Positions 25,800 to 39,493 are shown, numbered from the stretch's first letter. The stretch is DNA of 64,000 nt from Lama glama (GCA_028534125.1 CM052816.1:74588001-74652000); one strand, 5' to 3'. Notes: a model not told the origin generated them from the sequence alone. Made by a program: numbers and translations.

Positions 25800-26401
25800 C
25801 TGAATCTTTAGGCTCCTCTCCTAGCTGACTCCCTACTGCATTTGAACAATAGAGATTTGAAGGTTGAAAGAGGTTGAGGATGAGCTTCCCCACAATCCCA
25901 GTGCTCTGGTGGAGCCCAAGTTCCTGTAGGACTCCAGCTTCTGTCATATGGCCCCTCCTCGGTGACTCCTCCTGCCCTGAACTTCAGTAACATGGTTTCC
26001 TCCCACTGCTGCTCCAGGTCTGGGGAGAGTAACAGTTGCCCCTGCTGGCTTGTGCCTCAGCATGCCTTGTTGGTGTCTTCAACCCCATCCACACTTAAAA
26101 AAATTTTTTTAAATTGAAGTGTAGTCAATTTACAATGTTGTGTTAATTTCTGGTGCACAGCATAGTGATTCAGTTATATATATATATATTTTCCTTTTCA
26201 TATTTTTTTCATTATAGGCTATTACAAGGTATTGAATGTAATTACCTGTGCTATACAGTAGAACCTTGTTGTTGATCTGTTTTATATACAGTAATTCATG
26301 TCTGCAAATCTTGAACCCCTAATTCTTGCATCTCCCCTTCATTAGAGTCTCTTGAGCCGTCTGAGTTGAGTCTGTTTCTTGCCAGGACCCTGACTGATAC
26401 A
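25800..26401. mobile_element. ERVL-class LTR relic interrupted by an L1 3' end
   Basis: Ends in TCTGTTTCTTGCCAGGACCCTGACTGATACA, a typical ERVL LTR terminus; left boundary uncertain. Confidence 0.55.
26103..26325 (-). mobile_element. Short L1 3' end
   Basis: TTTTTTTAAATTGAAGTGTAGTCAATTTACAATGTTGTG..TGTGCTATACAGTAG. Confidence 0.88.
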
Positions 26402-27469
26402 TACACCATGTCAAATTCCACCACGTGTCATTTTACAGCTACACTTTGGTGCTGAAGCTGCTAAACCAGAGGAAGGAAAGGCAGATCCTAGACATACGAT
26501 ATATTCATTCATTCATTCAATCTAGGTGACGATGCTAACACCTATGTCTTGTTCAAAAGTAGAGACAGAACTCCACTTTAAGAACTTCAGAATTACTTAA
26601 CAGGGAAGTGGGTCTGCAAATTACTTTTTTCAATCCAAATTTCCCTTCTCAAGTCAAACGATATTTACAAAGGCTAGTGGTCACTTCTGTTGAAGTGTTT
26701 TTCTATTAACTGTGACTTTGAAACTATAATCATTCTGATGACAGAGCTAGTTTGCTGTCACAATTAATCAGCTAGTTGTAAGATTGTGGGAGGTTCTCCT
26801 GGCCTAATAGAAGGCCCCAGGATTCTGTTTCAGAGAAAGAAACACACAGGAAATAAGAATTTTAATACATTTCAAAAAAAATTGAACAGTAACAACTGGC
26901 CCATTCACTAGCTAATTTGTGCTAAATGTCAATAGATAAGTAATACAATCATATATTTACTAAAGATTAGCAATTTAGCTATAAAGGCTGAGGTCAAAGA
27001 ATACTGCTGTTAATTTTCAATGAATTTCCTTAATAATCAACTGCTAATGACTACACCCCCATTTCCTTGTAAAGACCCAGGATCCTGGAAAGTCTAGGGA
27101 AAAATCTGCCAGTATTACCCAGGTGAACTCAGGTCAGGGTGAGATTTCTAAAAAAAGATCTATGAGTCCAATAGGTTCTTATCTGAAGGAAAATAACTTT
27201 TCAGACTGACCAATGGTCACCGGTGATGTCAACATCGAACAGACGTCAACATTACATTGCACAAGATAAACAGTCTATGAAGTCTGGCTAGATGGACTAA
27301 AAATGTATTCCTGTTAAGAACTAATAAACAGGTGATCTACAGTTCAGTCTAGCAAACGGAGCAAAAGTATCTTGCTATGGAAAATGAGGTGAACAAAGGA
27401 CTAAATGTTAGCAACTTTAAAAAAAATCTTTTGCCCCCAAGAAGTATGGTAGAGTCAGCAAAACCAGAC

Positions 27470-27860
27470 CAATCTTAGTCAGATTCTAGCTTTGCCTTTC
27501 TTACTTTCATTAACCTTGGGCATGTAAATTAACCTCTGTAAGCCCCATTTTTATCATCCAAAATATAGGAAAAACATTCATTTCCCTTGCTTCAAAGGCA
27601 TCAGTTATAAGATGCCCCATCTCACTTAGAAATGGCTTTGGGGGAAGAAAAGGAGAAAAACATCACCACCTGGACTATACGTATCAAGGATACACTGCAC
27701 CCTGACTTCAGAAATATTAAACTGGATAAAATATGGCTTCGAATCTAGGAAATAGGACAAGGTTATCCATCTCATTGAGTGTATCACATGGAGAGACTAA
27801 CAAAGAATGTAAAGAATCCACCAAGGCTTCTGCTTCACAGCATGTCCTCAGTCATGTGGA
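27470..27860 (+). mobile_element. MIR split by a DNA transposon
   Basis: TAACCTTGGGCA..TTAACCTCTGTAAGCCCCATTTTTATCATCCAAAATATAGG, resuming after ~27756. Confidence 0.55.
27578..27755. mobile_element. MER104/Kanga-like non-autonomous DNA transposon
   Basis: Reverse strand reads CCTATTTCCTAGATTCGAAG..TTTAATATTTCTGAAGTCAGGGTGC, similar to the recalled MER104 terminus. Confidence 0.55.
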
Positions 27861-28096
27861 GGTTTTGTTGTTAAAACTAGTGTAAGTATATTAAGAAGGA
27901 CAAGCATCCAGGGAGGATTTTGTTCAATACATTTCAGTTCAAAATACCACAGAATTTTAGAGGTAAAGGTATTGTAGAGAGACCATTCCCTTAGCTTTAC
28001 AGATGATCTATATGGATAGTATGAAAACGTGACTTATCAAAGCTCTCTAATTGCAGAATCAAAACTTAGAATCCAGATCTAATTACTTGTCCAACT

Positions 28097-28345
28097 AATA
28101 ATTACAATAATATAGTAAGTGCTTACTGCGTGCCAGGCACTAATTGCTTTATGTATAGCATTACTGAGTCATCGTAGCAATCCAGTGTTACAGTGAAATA
28201 GGTGTCATTGTCCCATTTCACAGAAGAGGAAGCTGAAGCCCGCACAGGGTAAGAGAATCTCACAAAGGCACACTCTTGGTCAGAGTCAGAGCTCTGAGTC
28301 AAACCCAGGGTTACCTGATTTCAAAGTTTGGGTTTTTCTCACTGA
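28097..28345 (-). mobile_element. MIR
   Basis: GTGCTTACTGCGTGCCAGGCACT..CCCATTTCACAGAAGAGGAAGCTGAAGC..TCAAACCCAGG. Confidence 0.85.
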
Positions 28346-29739
28346 TCCAATACCTCCAACTTGGCTTTTCACTTGCTCCTTCTTGGACTATTTTACTGCT
28401 GGAAGTCTTACCTTTTTAACAAAACTTAATTCCATGAGATCAAGAACAATGTTACCTATTTCTTTTGAACTTGCGTGGCACAGGACTGGGCGCTGAGTGG
28501 ATGCTCAAAAAATGTTTGCTAAGTATATGACAGCACTTTAAAAAAAAAAAGGTATGACTTGTAAAAGCAAAAAGCCATCAACACTAAAGTACCTGAAGCA
28601 AGCAAACTATGGACAAGATTGCTCAAGTCGTGACTTGTACCAGGATGCCGTCCCTTTTCAGAAAGCGCCTCCTTGCTTTTAATCACTCTTGATTCATCAG
28701 CCCAAGGATTGGGCTGGAACAGAAATTCCCAGCTCCAAAAAGTAGAATTCTATCATCTCCTGCTGGTCCGATGCCAGGCCTCCTTTCTTTAACAGTCAAC
28801 AGCTCCCAACACGCATGCTCAACAACCCTCAAGGCAGGGCAAGCCTCAGAGGCGCATAGGTGAAATCTGACTGTCTTTCAGAACGGGAAACCACGTCCAA
28901 CTGGTGCACGTGACGCTGTTTAAAAAGGTTAACTTTCAAAAACCTGGAGCAATTCTCAGGTGAAAGAGGCAGGGCTACCTAATGCCTCTTTCCTTCTCAT
29001 GTTTAAAGAGGATGAAGGTGGTAACAGAGACCCAGACTATAGGGTGAGAACTTCTAAGACTCTCTTGGGAAGGAACTGTGATGGAAGTCCTTGCCTCGGC
29101 CTGGAGAAGGCCCACATTCTTTAGAGGTCATGCTGCTCATACCGATGACTGAGCTGGGAGGCTAATTTGAGGGATGGGAAGGCAGCGTGCAGCCAGGTGC
29201 CATGGACCCTTCACCTATACTCTTTTCCTCCTTGAAACTACCCTCTTCTTTTCTCCCACCTGGCAAGGCAAGCCCACTTTCCATTAAAAAAAAAAAACAG
29301 CACAAAATCTGGTGAATGGGACCAGGGCCCACAGTCAGCCACAATCTGGTTGTGTTATTTTCCAGTCCAGATTAATAACCTGACTCAGCCTGGGCAATGT
29401 ATCCAAGCGACTGCTTTCTGAGTTAGTCTAAGCTTTGCAGGATAACCCTAAATAACAATCCCACGTTCATTACACCCTGGCTACAACAAAACACCATGAT
29501 GCTTAACAGAGCTATGGGGTCTCATTTAAAAACCACGTGAGAGATTTGCGAACATATAATCCAACGTTCCGGTTTTGCCAATCAGTGCTGTGCATACATT
29601 CGGTGTATATATATAACGTGTCCCTAATGCTTTCCCAAAGCTCCCCCTTTTCTTGTATCTCACCCTCTTCATCCTAAGCACAGACAGGTCTGCTGTTCTG
29701 AGCCCTAATAAATTTCCTGTTGGAACACTTATAACAGTT

Positions 29740-30045
29740 TGATATCTTCCCCCAGATAGCCACAAGGCTCTGTTTTGCTTCCTTCAGTTCTCTGAGCAAA
29801 TGTTACCTTATCCGAGAGGCATTTCCTGACTATGCCGTATAAAACACTAACCCCTTGGCCCAGGCCCGCTCCACCTCTCCCCTTACCAGGTTTTCTTTTT
29901 CCCCCGGCACTCCTCTCTACGTGACAGTTCGGGTGTTTGTTTACTGACTGTCTCCCTTCACTAAAAGTAAGAAAGCACTCTGCTTTGTTCTCTGAGCAAT
30001 CTCTGCTACCTATAACAGGGACTCTAGTGTTTGTTAAATGCCTTA
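29740..30045 (+). mobile_element. L2 3' end
   Basis: CTTCCTTCAGTTCTCTGAGCAAATGTTACCTT..GAGGCATTTCCTGAC..TGACTGTCTCCC..TTTGTTAAATG. Confidence 0.75.
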
Positions 30046-31591
30046 ACAGTCTTCCCATCACATCACTGCCAAGAGGTGACAGTGTACCTACCATGTTTTA
30101 GGTAAAAATACCACATCTCTTTCAACCACTTCTCTTCTTAAAAACCCAGAATGGGTTGTATCTCTGCCCTCCAATTTTTTAAAAACTGTACCACATGCTA
30201 ATCTTACGAGCACATTCCGTATTTTGACACTGTTCCCATTTCTGAATGAGATCATCCTCTAGGTCCAAAACAAGGTCAAAGGCATTCCCTGAAGTCTTCT
30301 GATGGCCTTGACACCCACGTCACTGTGGGAAGCTTTCCTTTTGTTGCTGGGGCACAGGGAGGGAGGTATTTGGGGCAGGGCATGAGACATACTAGATCCA
30401 TACCTGCCCCGAGAGTCCTGTTCCAGAGACCCGGGTAATCACAAACTGAAGTCAGGCAGAGCCCAGGGTACGGCACCAGGCAGCAAGGGTACACCTTGTA
30501 CTCAAACCCGCACATGCCAGAATGGGCTGCACCTTTCTGTCGGTGACATTCTCAGCTTCCAGTTGGACATCGTCTGAATCTGATCATTTTCCTGCCTCAT
30601 CTCTTTCTCCTTTAGATCAGGAACTGACCGCATGTGGAAAGCATGAATACCAGGTATTTTTTTTTTGAACAATGAGTTTAAAATATACAATTCATGGTTA
30701 CCTCCAATTAGTAAAAGAAATTTGGATACAGGGATGGGTCTCCTGTATCAGTGGGATGAATTCATTCACATTACCTTCTTTTAGAATTATAATCTGGGTG
30801 AAAATAATAATTCTGCCTGGAAGTAGGAAGAATATTTGGTTTGATTTAAGGATCATTATAAACCATTATTCCTTTCAAGTTCCAAATAACTGATTTAGTA
30901 GGCTTAGTTTACAAGGCTGATAAGGCCAGTTAATGGAGGTCTACCACTCCGAATTGGTTGCAACCGTGTGTTAGAAAGAGAAATGTAAGTTTCTGGATCC
31001 TGAGGCAAAAGGTACATTAATGGCATCCTTAACTTTTTCAGCCTTCCATTTGAAAGCCAATTTTAATTTTGTCTCTGGTTCTTCTTATTCTTACAACCTT
31101 GAAAACTGCTGTAAGAGTAATTTAACATTTCACTCAGTAATAATTCTGTGCCTCGATTGGTGAAAAATTCAGCTGAGTGTCTACATCACTGAGGTTTATC
31201 ATAAACTGTGCTGCAAATTGTTGTATGGCCCTCGGGGTCTTGTCCTGGAAAACATGGGAAATGGACCTGAAGCTCTGAGGTCCCTCTCTGTTTTATGAAT
31301 CTCTTACTCTCACCCGCTGAGTTTTTGTGCAAGTGCCAGTGGACGGGCACCACTCCCGTTTGGAAGATGTCTGGACAGATACTCTAAGGTGATCCGGATG
31401 ACGGCACACCCTTCCAGACTGAGTAGTTTGCCAGCATTTAACATGACCTATGGAAAAGCTGCTGGGAGGCTGAGCAAAATAACAGATTTGCCAAACATGG
31501 TGGTTACAGGATCCCTCTCTAAGCATTTTGTCAGTGTAGCTTGTGGATGAGTTTATTTTCAAAATTTTTGTTTTTGGGCCTTTTTAGTTAG

Positions 31592-31593
<2 letters not shown>

Positions 31594-31628
<35 letters not shown>
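31594..31628. repeat. (CA)n microsatellite running into the gap
   Basis: Directly visible. Confidence 0.95.
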
Positions 31629-32128
31629 NNNNNNNNNNNNNNNNNNNNNNNNNNNNNNNNNNNNNNNNNNNNNNNNNNNNNNNNNNNNNNNNNNNNNNNN
31701 NNNNNNNNNNNNNNNNNNNNNNNNNNNNNNNNNNNNNNNNNNNNNNNNNNNNNNNNNNNNNNNNNNNNNNNNNNNNNNNNNNNNNNNNNNNNNNNNNNNN
31801 NNNNNNNNNNNNNNNNNNNNNNNNNNNNNNNNNNNNNNNNNNNNNNNNNNNNNNNNNNNNNNNNNNNNNNNNNNNNNNNNNNNNNNNNNNNNNNNNNNNN
31901 NNNNNNNNNNNNNNNNNNNNNNNNNNNNNNNNNNNNNNNNNNNNNNNNNNNNNNNNNNNNNNNNNNNNNNNNNNNNNNNNNNNNNNNNNNNNNNNNNNNN
32001 NNNNNNNNNNNNNNNNNNNNNNNNNNNNNNNNNNNNNNNNNNNNNNNNNNNNNNNNNNNNNNNNNNNNNNNNNNNNNNNNNNNNNNNNNNNNNNNNNNNN
32101 NNNNNNNNNNNNNNNNNNNNNNNNNNNN
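31629..32128. other. Assembly gap (500 N)
   Basis: Exactly 500 N, flanked by (CA)n and a young L1. Confidence 0.99.
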
Positions 32129-32565
32129 TATGAACATTGGGGTGCAGGTGTCATTTTGAAGTACGGTTCCTTCTGGATATATGCCCAGGAGCAGGATTCC
32201 TGGATCATATAGTAAGTCTATTCCTAGTCTTTTGAGGAATCTCCATACTGTTTTCCACAGTGGCTGCACCAAACTGCATTCCCACCAGCAGTATAGGAGG
32301 GTCCCCTTTCTCCACAGCCTCTCCAGCATTTGTCATTCGTGGATTTTTGAATGATGGCTATTCTGACTGGTATGAGGTGATACCTCATTGTAGTTTTGAT
32401 TTGCATTTCTCTGATAATTAGTGATATTGAGCATTTTTTCGTGTGCCTATTGATCATTTGTATTTCTTCCTTGGAGAATTGCTTAGGTCTTCTGCCCATT
32501 TTTGGATTGAGTTGTTTGTTTTTTTCTTGTTAAGTCATATGAGCTGCTCATACATTCTGGAGATC
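32129..32565 (-). mobile_element. Young L1 ORF2 C-terminal fragment (3' end lost in the gap)
   Basis: ORF2-like peptides [37 protein letters not shown] and [21 protein letters not shown]. Confidence 0.95.
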
Positions 32566-33991
32566 TTTTGTGTCAACTAATCTTCGACAAAGGACTTACC
32601 TTACTTTTAATTATCTGGAAGAAACCTAGTGAGACATTGTATATATTCCTTAAGAGACCATATCTTTTATTCCTTGTGGACCCTTCAAAACATTTTAATA
32701 CAGGGAGCTGAATTTAATCAGTGACAGATGAATGAATGGTAGAATAATCTAAGCCTCTAACTTTATCCTTCAAATGTCTCATTTGGTTTAGTTCAAGGGA
32801 TGCTCTTTAAAAAAAACAAAAGTTTAATGGTGCAAGATTGTTCAAATTTTCCTTCTCCTTTCTCTGCATGGTTTATAAAAGTACTTGGCTTTCATTATTT
32901 AATAGTTCAGTTTATTTTTTTTTTAAATCCAAAAGATGAGTTCCAAAGCATCACTGTACAAATTTGCAGAAAGTAGTCTTCTGCATGATGATATCCTTAA
33001 CAGGCTTAATAATTCAGGATCCATTTTTTCTCCTTTTAATATGCTATTACTACTGTGACATCGATTTTCTTCAGACAATGTCATGCAATTAGACTCCAAT
33101 TTTTCATGGTGAATCTCAGTCAAATTCTGATGCCTGAATTCTCTTCTCACTGTTCCCTGAAGGGCCAGAGTGGTTCTGGATTCCAGAAACTGTGGAAAGG
33201 TTCTCTTCCAAGTGGAGCAGTTTGATCAAATAGAATATCATCATGAGTACTTTTTAGTACACTGGTTTAGTGTATGGGAAACATTTTTTTCCTATGTCTA
33301 GCTCATTGGCAATTGACTAGGTTATTTTTAACTTAAGCCTCAGCAGACAGATTTAGGCTGAGAAAAACTCTCTTCTTGGTTATTTTGGACATCAGATTTA
33401 ACTTCCTTGTGTCTCAGTTTCCAGATTTGCTAAATAATCTGCCCACCTATCACTGTACAGTTTGTCAGTTAAAATTAATAGAGATCATGAAACACAGCAC
33501 CCATAAAAGATCATTATAGACCATATTGCAAAATTGCTACAAACCAACACAGATGACCTGCCGAAATGCCAGATTCCTAGCTGTGGTTTTGCGAGACAGT
33601 GGGCCAGATTCGTTCCTCACTCTTCCAAGACGCTCACCAAAAGTACATTTCAACTAAGAGGCAAATTCCATTTGTCCTCTCGTGTAGGAAGACTCCTGAC
33701 TTGTTTATTCTATCCATTAACCTGTAGGCAGAATTGTATTTAAAATCCTCATAAAGATTACTGCCTGTGTAACTTAAAACCCCTTCAAATGAAGCTTACA
33801 AATATTAATATTTGTCAATGGTTCTGAATATTTGCATATCATGAAACCTTTCTGTCAACATTTAACTTAAAACTCTTTCTGAGAAAGAAAAAAAAACACA
33901 GGGATAACAAGTAGAACACTGTTTTGAAAAAGATTCTTTCTGGCTTGGCCACAGTGGGCAGTGAGGACAGATGCTTATCTTTACCGATATA

Positions 33992-35045
33992 AATTTTTTT
34001 TAATTTAGATGTGATTGACATATAACATACTAGTTTCAGGTGTACAACATAGTAGTTTGATATTTGTACATGCTGTGAAATGATCACCACAATAACTCTA
34101 ACATCCATCACCATAGATCACTCTCCTAGTAGCTTTCAAATGCATAATACAGTATTAATGTAGTCACTGTGGTGTGCACTGTAGCCCCATGACTTACTTT
34201 ATAGCTGGAAGTTTGCACTTTTTAAATCCCTTCACCTATTTTGCACCCTACTCCCCCCACTCCACCTCTGACAACCACCAGCCTATTCTCTGTATCCATA
34301 AGCTCCAGGGTTTTTTGTCATTGTTGTTATGTTTTGTTTTGTTTAAATTCCACATATAAGTGAGATCATATGGTATTTATCTTTCTCTGGCTTATTTCAC
34401 TTGACATGGATGGACCTTATGCTTTCAAATGGCAAGATTTCATTTTTTTATGGCTGAATAATAATATATATAGTAACATTTCCATGTGTGTGTAGATATA
34501 TTACATCTTAGTTATCCATTCATCTGTGGATGGATGCTTGGGTTGCTTTCCTATCTTGGCTACTGTAAATCATGCTGCCGTGAACGTGAGGATGCCTATA
34601 TCTTTGAGTTAGTGTTTTTATTTTCTTCAGATAAACATCTAGGAGTAGGATTGCTGGATCACATGGTGGTTCTATTTTTAGTTTTTTGAGAAATCTCCAT
34701 ACTGTTCCACCATGGCTGCACCAGTCTACATCCAATAGTGCAGCAGACCTCCCTTTTCTACATATCCTTGCCAACACTTGTTATTTGCTGTCATTTTGAT
34801 AATAGCCATTCTGACAGGTGTGAGGTGATCTCATTGTGGTTTTGATTTGCATTTCCATGGTAATTAGTGATTTTGAGCATCTTTTCATGTACCTTTTGGT
34901 CATCTGTATGTCTTACTTGGAAAACTGTCTATTGAGATCCTCTGCCCATTCTCAAATCAGATTGTTTGGGTTTTTGCTATTGAGTTGTATGAGTTCTTCA
35001 TATATTTTTGGATATTAACTTCTTACTAGATATGATTTGCAACAC
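33992..35045 (-). mobile_element. Older L1 (L1MA-like) 3' end and ORF2 terminus
   Basis: Poly-T, 3' UTR of a different type (GATCACCACAATAA..TAACATCCATCACC), peptide [21 protein letters not shown]. Confidence 0.92.
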
Positions 35046-35309
35046 CTTATTCACATATCATCTGCTTTCTATATTCTAATTTTTTTAACTTGGTAAACTT
35101 TTAATGTATTGGTGTTCTGAGTTCTTTTGTGCAATTAATATCAAAGATCCACCAACTATTTCAAATTTTATATAATAGGGTCTTTTGTGTACACACTTTA
35201 TCTTCCTAATGTAAGTTTGTGGAGGAGAGAAACTGTAAGTTGTTCACTGGGGCGCCCTACTGAGCTAAGCACATACATACCTGACCCAGAGTAGTCCGCA
35301 TGGTCTTCA

Positions 35310-35500
35310 TCAGCACAGTTAGTATTTGGGAAGTGCTCACCACGTATGAAACATTTGCATAGATTATCTCCATCAATCCTCACAGTAACTCTGTAAAGTA
35401 GATTTTTATCCCCAAGGTTAAGAAACTTGCCCAAGTTCATCCAGTTACTCCATGGTAGAGCTTTACTCACACCAGATTCCACGTGCTTAACTACCCCATG
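35310..35500 (-). mobile_element. MIR
   Basis: ATTATCTCCATCAATCCTCACAGTAACTCTGTAAAGTAG..AACTTGCCCAAGTTCA..GCTTAAC. Confidence 0.8.
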
Positions 35501-37814
35501 TTTCTCTCAGTGGAATCTGGGGTTCTACCTACTTCTGTTCCTTCCATCGCCATCTGTTCTGCTGCCTGGTCCTGTCCTCTCTACTCCTCGCTTCTCATCC
35601 TGCCCATCACCTTCCGTCTGCTCAGTCTTCTCTGCCTTCCCCTTCCTTTCTCAAAAGTTTTCTTCTTTGGTCCCATCGCACATTCCCAGTGGCTTCCCAG
35701 CACATTCCCAGCTCATTTTCTTGGTCTTCTTTTCACTTTTTAACCTCAACTACCTTCAAAAAAAAAAAAACAAACAAAACTTCAAGCCTGATAATGGACT
35801 GTCTACCTCTCTTGGCCATGTCTGATTCTAACTACATAAGGTAATTATCCAGGTGAAAACAGGAGAATATGGGATTGGAATAAACAAACAAAAATCTCTT
35901 TACCTTTTCTGTCAGAAGCCTAAGTGAGTGACTATAGTGCCTTAATTTCCATAATTTCTAAGTCACTAAATATTGGGCACTGTGTGCACATGCACATATA
36001 CACACTCTCTTATTTTATGCATCTCTTGCCACTTTACTGAGCAGCATATTTTGGGCAATGCGAAAACAAAAGAATTTTTCAGTTATCATACAGAGGCAAA
36101 GATAGGCTTACCTCTAATGTGTGGAGAGTTAGTTGCTTTGGAAATCATCATGCATTGATATAAATTATCATTGGCGTTTCATTTGGATGCCTGAGCTTAA
36201 GCATCTTGTTGTTCTCTCCAATTTCAGAAATTATGGCTGTTCGTCTTCATAAATAAGGCTTTGAAAATAGGACAAAGCCATAAAATAAACATGTGAGAGC
36301 AGCATTGGATGTGCCCGGCTGAATAAACTGCCCTTCTGTTTAGCTTTGAGCTCTAAACCTCATTTAAATACCCTCCTTTTTTCTCTAAAGAAGAGAAGAC
36401 ATAAACTAACAATTACAGTTGATTCTGAAGAAAAATATAGCAGGAACATTCTGGCAAGAAATACTCCCACATGGAAAAGTACAAAAATTGGGCAAGTACT
36501 TGCAACTGACCAGTAGAACTTGGAAGAGGAACACGAAATGAACTTCTTAGCCTGTGGACCGGTTGTGGATAAGTTTTGATTCCTGAGATGTTCAGCGTTT
36601 ACTCAACGCTGGCATGGCTCATGTGGTCCCCTGTGACCTCTGCTCTGTTTCCTCCAGAAAGTTGAGGTTGTGTGACTCCTGAGACCATAGTTACCCTCAA
36701 TAATGGAGTCACCGCATGAATTACATTATGAGTACTATGTACCAGTGCAGAGAAGAAGCTCATTAATTTCTCAAAATTGCACAAACTATGATTATAATCC
36801 TGGCCTGGAAATTTTACCATTGAATCCACCTGATGCTATTTGCATTTGTGACAACTGGGATGGCCTTGATTGACATACACTGCTTTGCTATGAATGCAGA
36901 AAGGAAAGATGTACAAGAATTGGTCAGGAGAGCCATGCTTCACAGCTGGAGCTGCCCTGGCACAGTGTCTCAGCCTTAACCCGGCCCCCAGTATCCTGCC
37001 TGGTCATGGCATGGCATGGCTGTGACAGATGTGTTCCTTGAACAGAAAAGTAACTTTACATATTTTTCCTTTTTAGAATACAGTGCCCTCCACCCCCTCC
37101 CAAAAGCAATATGGTAGCCTCCATTGTATCACATCTTGGATTACACAGATTCAAAACTCACAATCGAACATGTTTTGTGAGATGACTCTAGACTATATAT
37201 AAAAAAAAAAATCACAGCCTGTAACAGGAGGGCCAGTTTGATGTTAGGAGCCACTTTTCTGTGTTTTTAATCAGAAAATCTAACTGCTGAGGAGAAAGTA
37301 AAGGTCTTAATTTTGAAGTAAGCCTGGAACTTGGAGAGAAACAGATAAATCTTACTTAGGGAGTGGGGTGCTGGTGGAAGTTCCATCTTGGACACTGCAA
37401 ATGATAGTACCAGCTGTTGTCATAATATTTCTAACATCCACAGAGGATTAATTCCAGGCCCAGCAACCTCATTGGATGAGCAGAAACAGCCGTGGAAGTA
37501 AACACTAGTGCGTATGCTCTGACATCGTGAAATTAGGCAGAAGGCCTCTGGAATCGGATTCCACTAGCCAACAGTGGATTAATGTGCCTGTGGATCATTC
37601 ACTTTGTGGATTATCTGCAGAAATTTTAATCCCAAATTTGCTTTCTTCTGCCTCTTGACCCTCTTTGTTGCGGTACCCTCAGGAAATGGAATCTCATTTG
37701 AATGTAACCTTGGCATGAATATTCATTAAGTACTCGGTACAAACTGAGGACAGTGAGAGGTATAAGATACAGGTCTGGTTTCAAAGCGTTTCCTTTCATT
37801 ACAGGAATAGAGGC

Positions 37815-37990
37815 AATTAGCATAATGAAACAGACGTGGGTTCCAGAGGCAGGTGGGCCTGGATTCAAACCCTAGTTCTATCAAAGTATGGCCTTGGGCC
37901 CATCACTTCAATTTCCTGAGTCTCATTTCCTTTTCTATAAAATTTGGGTTCTAATATCATGTTACTGAGTTCTCTTAAGAATTAGAAATA
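37815..37990 (+). mobile_element. MIR
   Basis: CCTGGATTCAAACCCTAGTTCT..GGCCTTGGGC..CTGAGTCTCATTTCCTTTTCTATAAAAT. Confidence 0.8.
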
Positions 37991-39295
37991 TTTATACAAT
38001 CCCTAGATCACTACATGGTGGCTATTTTTCCAGAACAGATATACCTTTTTGTATATATTGCATGAGGCAGAATATGGAAAGTGTTCAGTGAGAGTAGTTA
38101 GGTTTCCCCAGGCCCCCTGGGAGGCAGGAGGTGTGGACGAGGAGGTCTGCACACCAAGGGGCAGGCTCAAGCTGAGGCAGGACATGTGGGTGGGACTTCA
38201 CCAACCAGCGGAGGGAGAGGACATTCCGGGCAGCAGGTGTGGGTCACACGAAGGCATGGAGGCGGGAAGGCATGTGGCGTTTTCAAGGCCGAAGATTAGG
38301 GAGTTTAGGTAAGACTGGATGTGGAGACCTTGAACAGCAAGCTGAATTAGGAGTTCATGGAGGAGCGACTACCAGCTGGAGAAAAAACATCACAGGGTCT
38401 CTCTTCTCCCCCACCTCCTCTCTTTCCCACATCATGTTCAGGCAATTCTGGCTTTTCCTTGCACTCTGCTTCTGTAAGTGATTTTTAAGAAGGCAAAGCT
38501 GTAAAACGGGATCCCTGTTAGGTTTGCAGTTGTATAACCACTTTGAAGCCTGTGGCTTTGCTCTTCAAACTCCTAGCTGGTGGCTCCATTGTGATCAGGC
38601 AGAAGGCTGATTGAGTTGATAAGACCAGCAAATCCCTGTGGTGAATGCAGGTGGGGAACAAGTGGCTAATTCTGAGGAATGGAGGATTAGGATAGAGAAA
38701 AGTGAAATAAAAAGGAAGTGGAAATGCCGGGAAAGGACTGTTTATGATTTGGGCTTAAGCCATATAGAAGCTGTATTGATTAGTGCAGGATAGCCCATGA
38801 GCATGGCTAAAAACTGACTGGGGTCTCTCTCCGTTGTTGGTCCTCTCTGAGAACAGGAATGCATGTCCAGGGAGATGCTGATGGGGTTTTTGCGCTGCAG
38901 GCAGAAGTAGTTGAGGTGTGAACCCAAGGAAGGGGCGGTGGGTAAGGCTGTGCTTCTGCTTGAAGTAAGGTTATGTTTCTATGTAGAGGGGGTGATTTAA
39001 GCATAATTAACCAATGGTAATTTATGAACTAATATTTGCAAGTGTTTATTATACTCCAGATTTTCTTTTTTGCTGCTGATTGGGGAAAAAAATCTTTGGA
39101 GGAATATGTTTGGAATGGTTAAGTATTATTTTAGGAAGCATATTTTGGTGTCACAGATTAAAGGTACTCCTAAAAGAAAGCTTTACAAATGGGGCAATAG
39201 GAAAAGGCATATTTTACATGCATTCAAATTCAAGATAAGGGAACCAAAGGGTCTGTTGCCTGGGTAAAGGTTTTTTTTTTTTTCCTCCCTCATGA

Positions 39296-39328
39296 ATTTA
39301 TTTATTTATTTATTTATTTATTTATTTG
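39296..39328. repeat. (TTTA)n tract at an L1 tail
   Basis: Directly visible. Confidence 0.9.
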
Positions 39329-39334
39329 CAGTTT

Positions 39335-39493
39335 TTTAAACATTTTTTATTGAGTTATAGTCATTTCAAATTCTAGTGTAGAGCACAATTTTTCAGTTAT
39401 ACATGAACATACATATATTCATTGTCACATTTTTTTTCCACTGTGAGATACCACGAGATCTTACATATATTTCCCTGTGCTATACAGTATAAT
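39335..39493 (-). mobile_element. Short young L1 3' end
   Basis: GTGTAGAGCACAATTTTTCAGTTATACATGAACAT..TTCCCTGTGCTATACAGTATAAT, nearly identical to 2530-2650. Confidence 0.9.

Noticed and set aside
31588..32329. Long ORFs of 206-245 aa
   Set aside because: Artefacts of reading through the N-gap; the real part is L1 ORF2
32910..33250. Possible processed pseudogene (minus-strand ORF ending at an A run)
   Set aside because: No recognisable protein in the frames I translated and no TSD found
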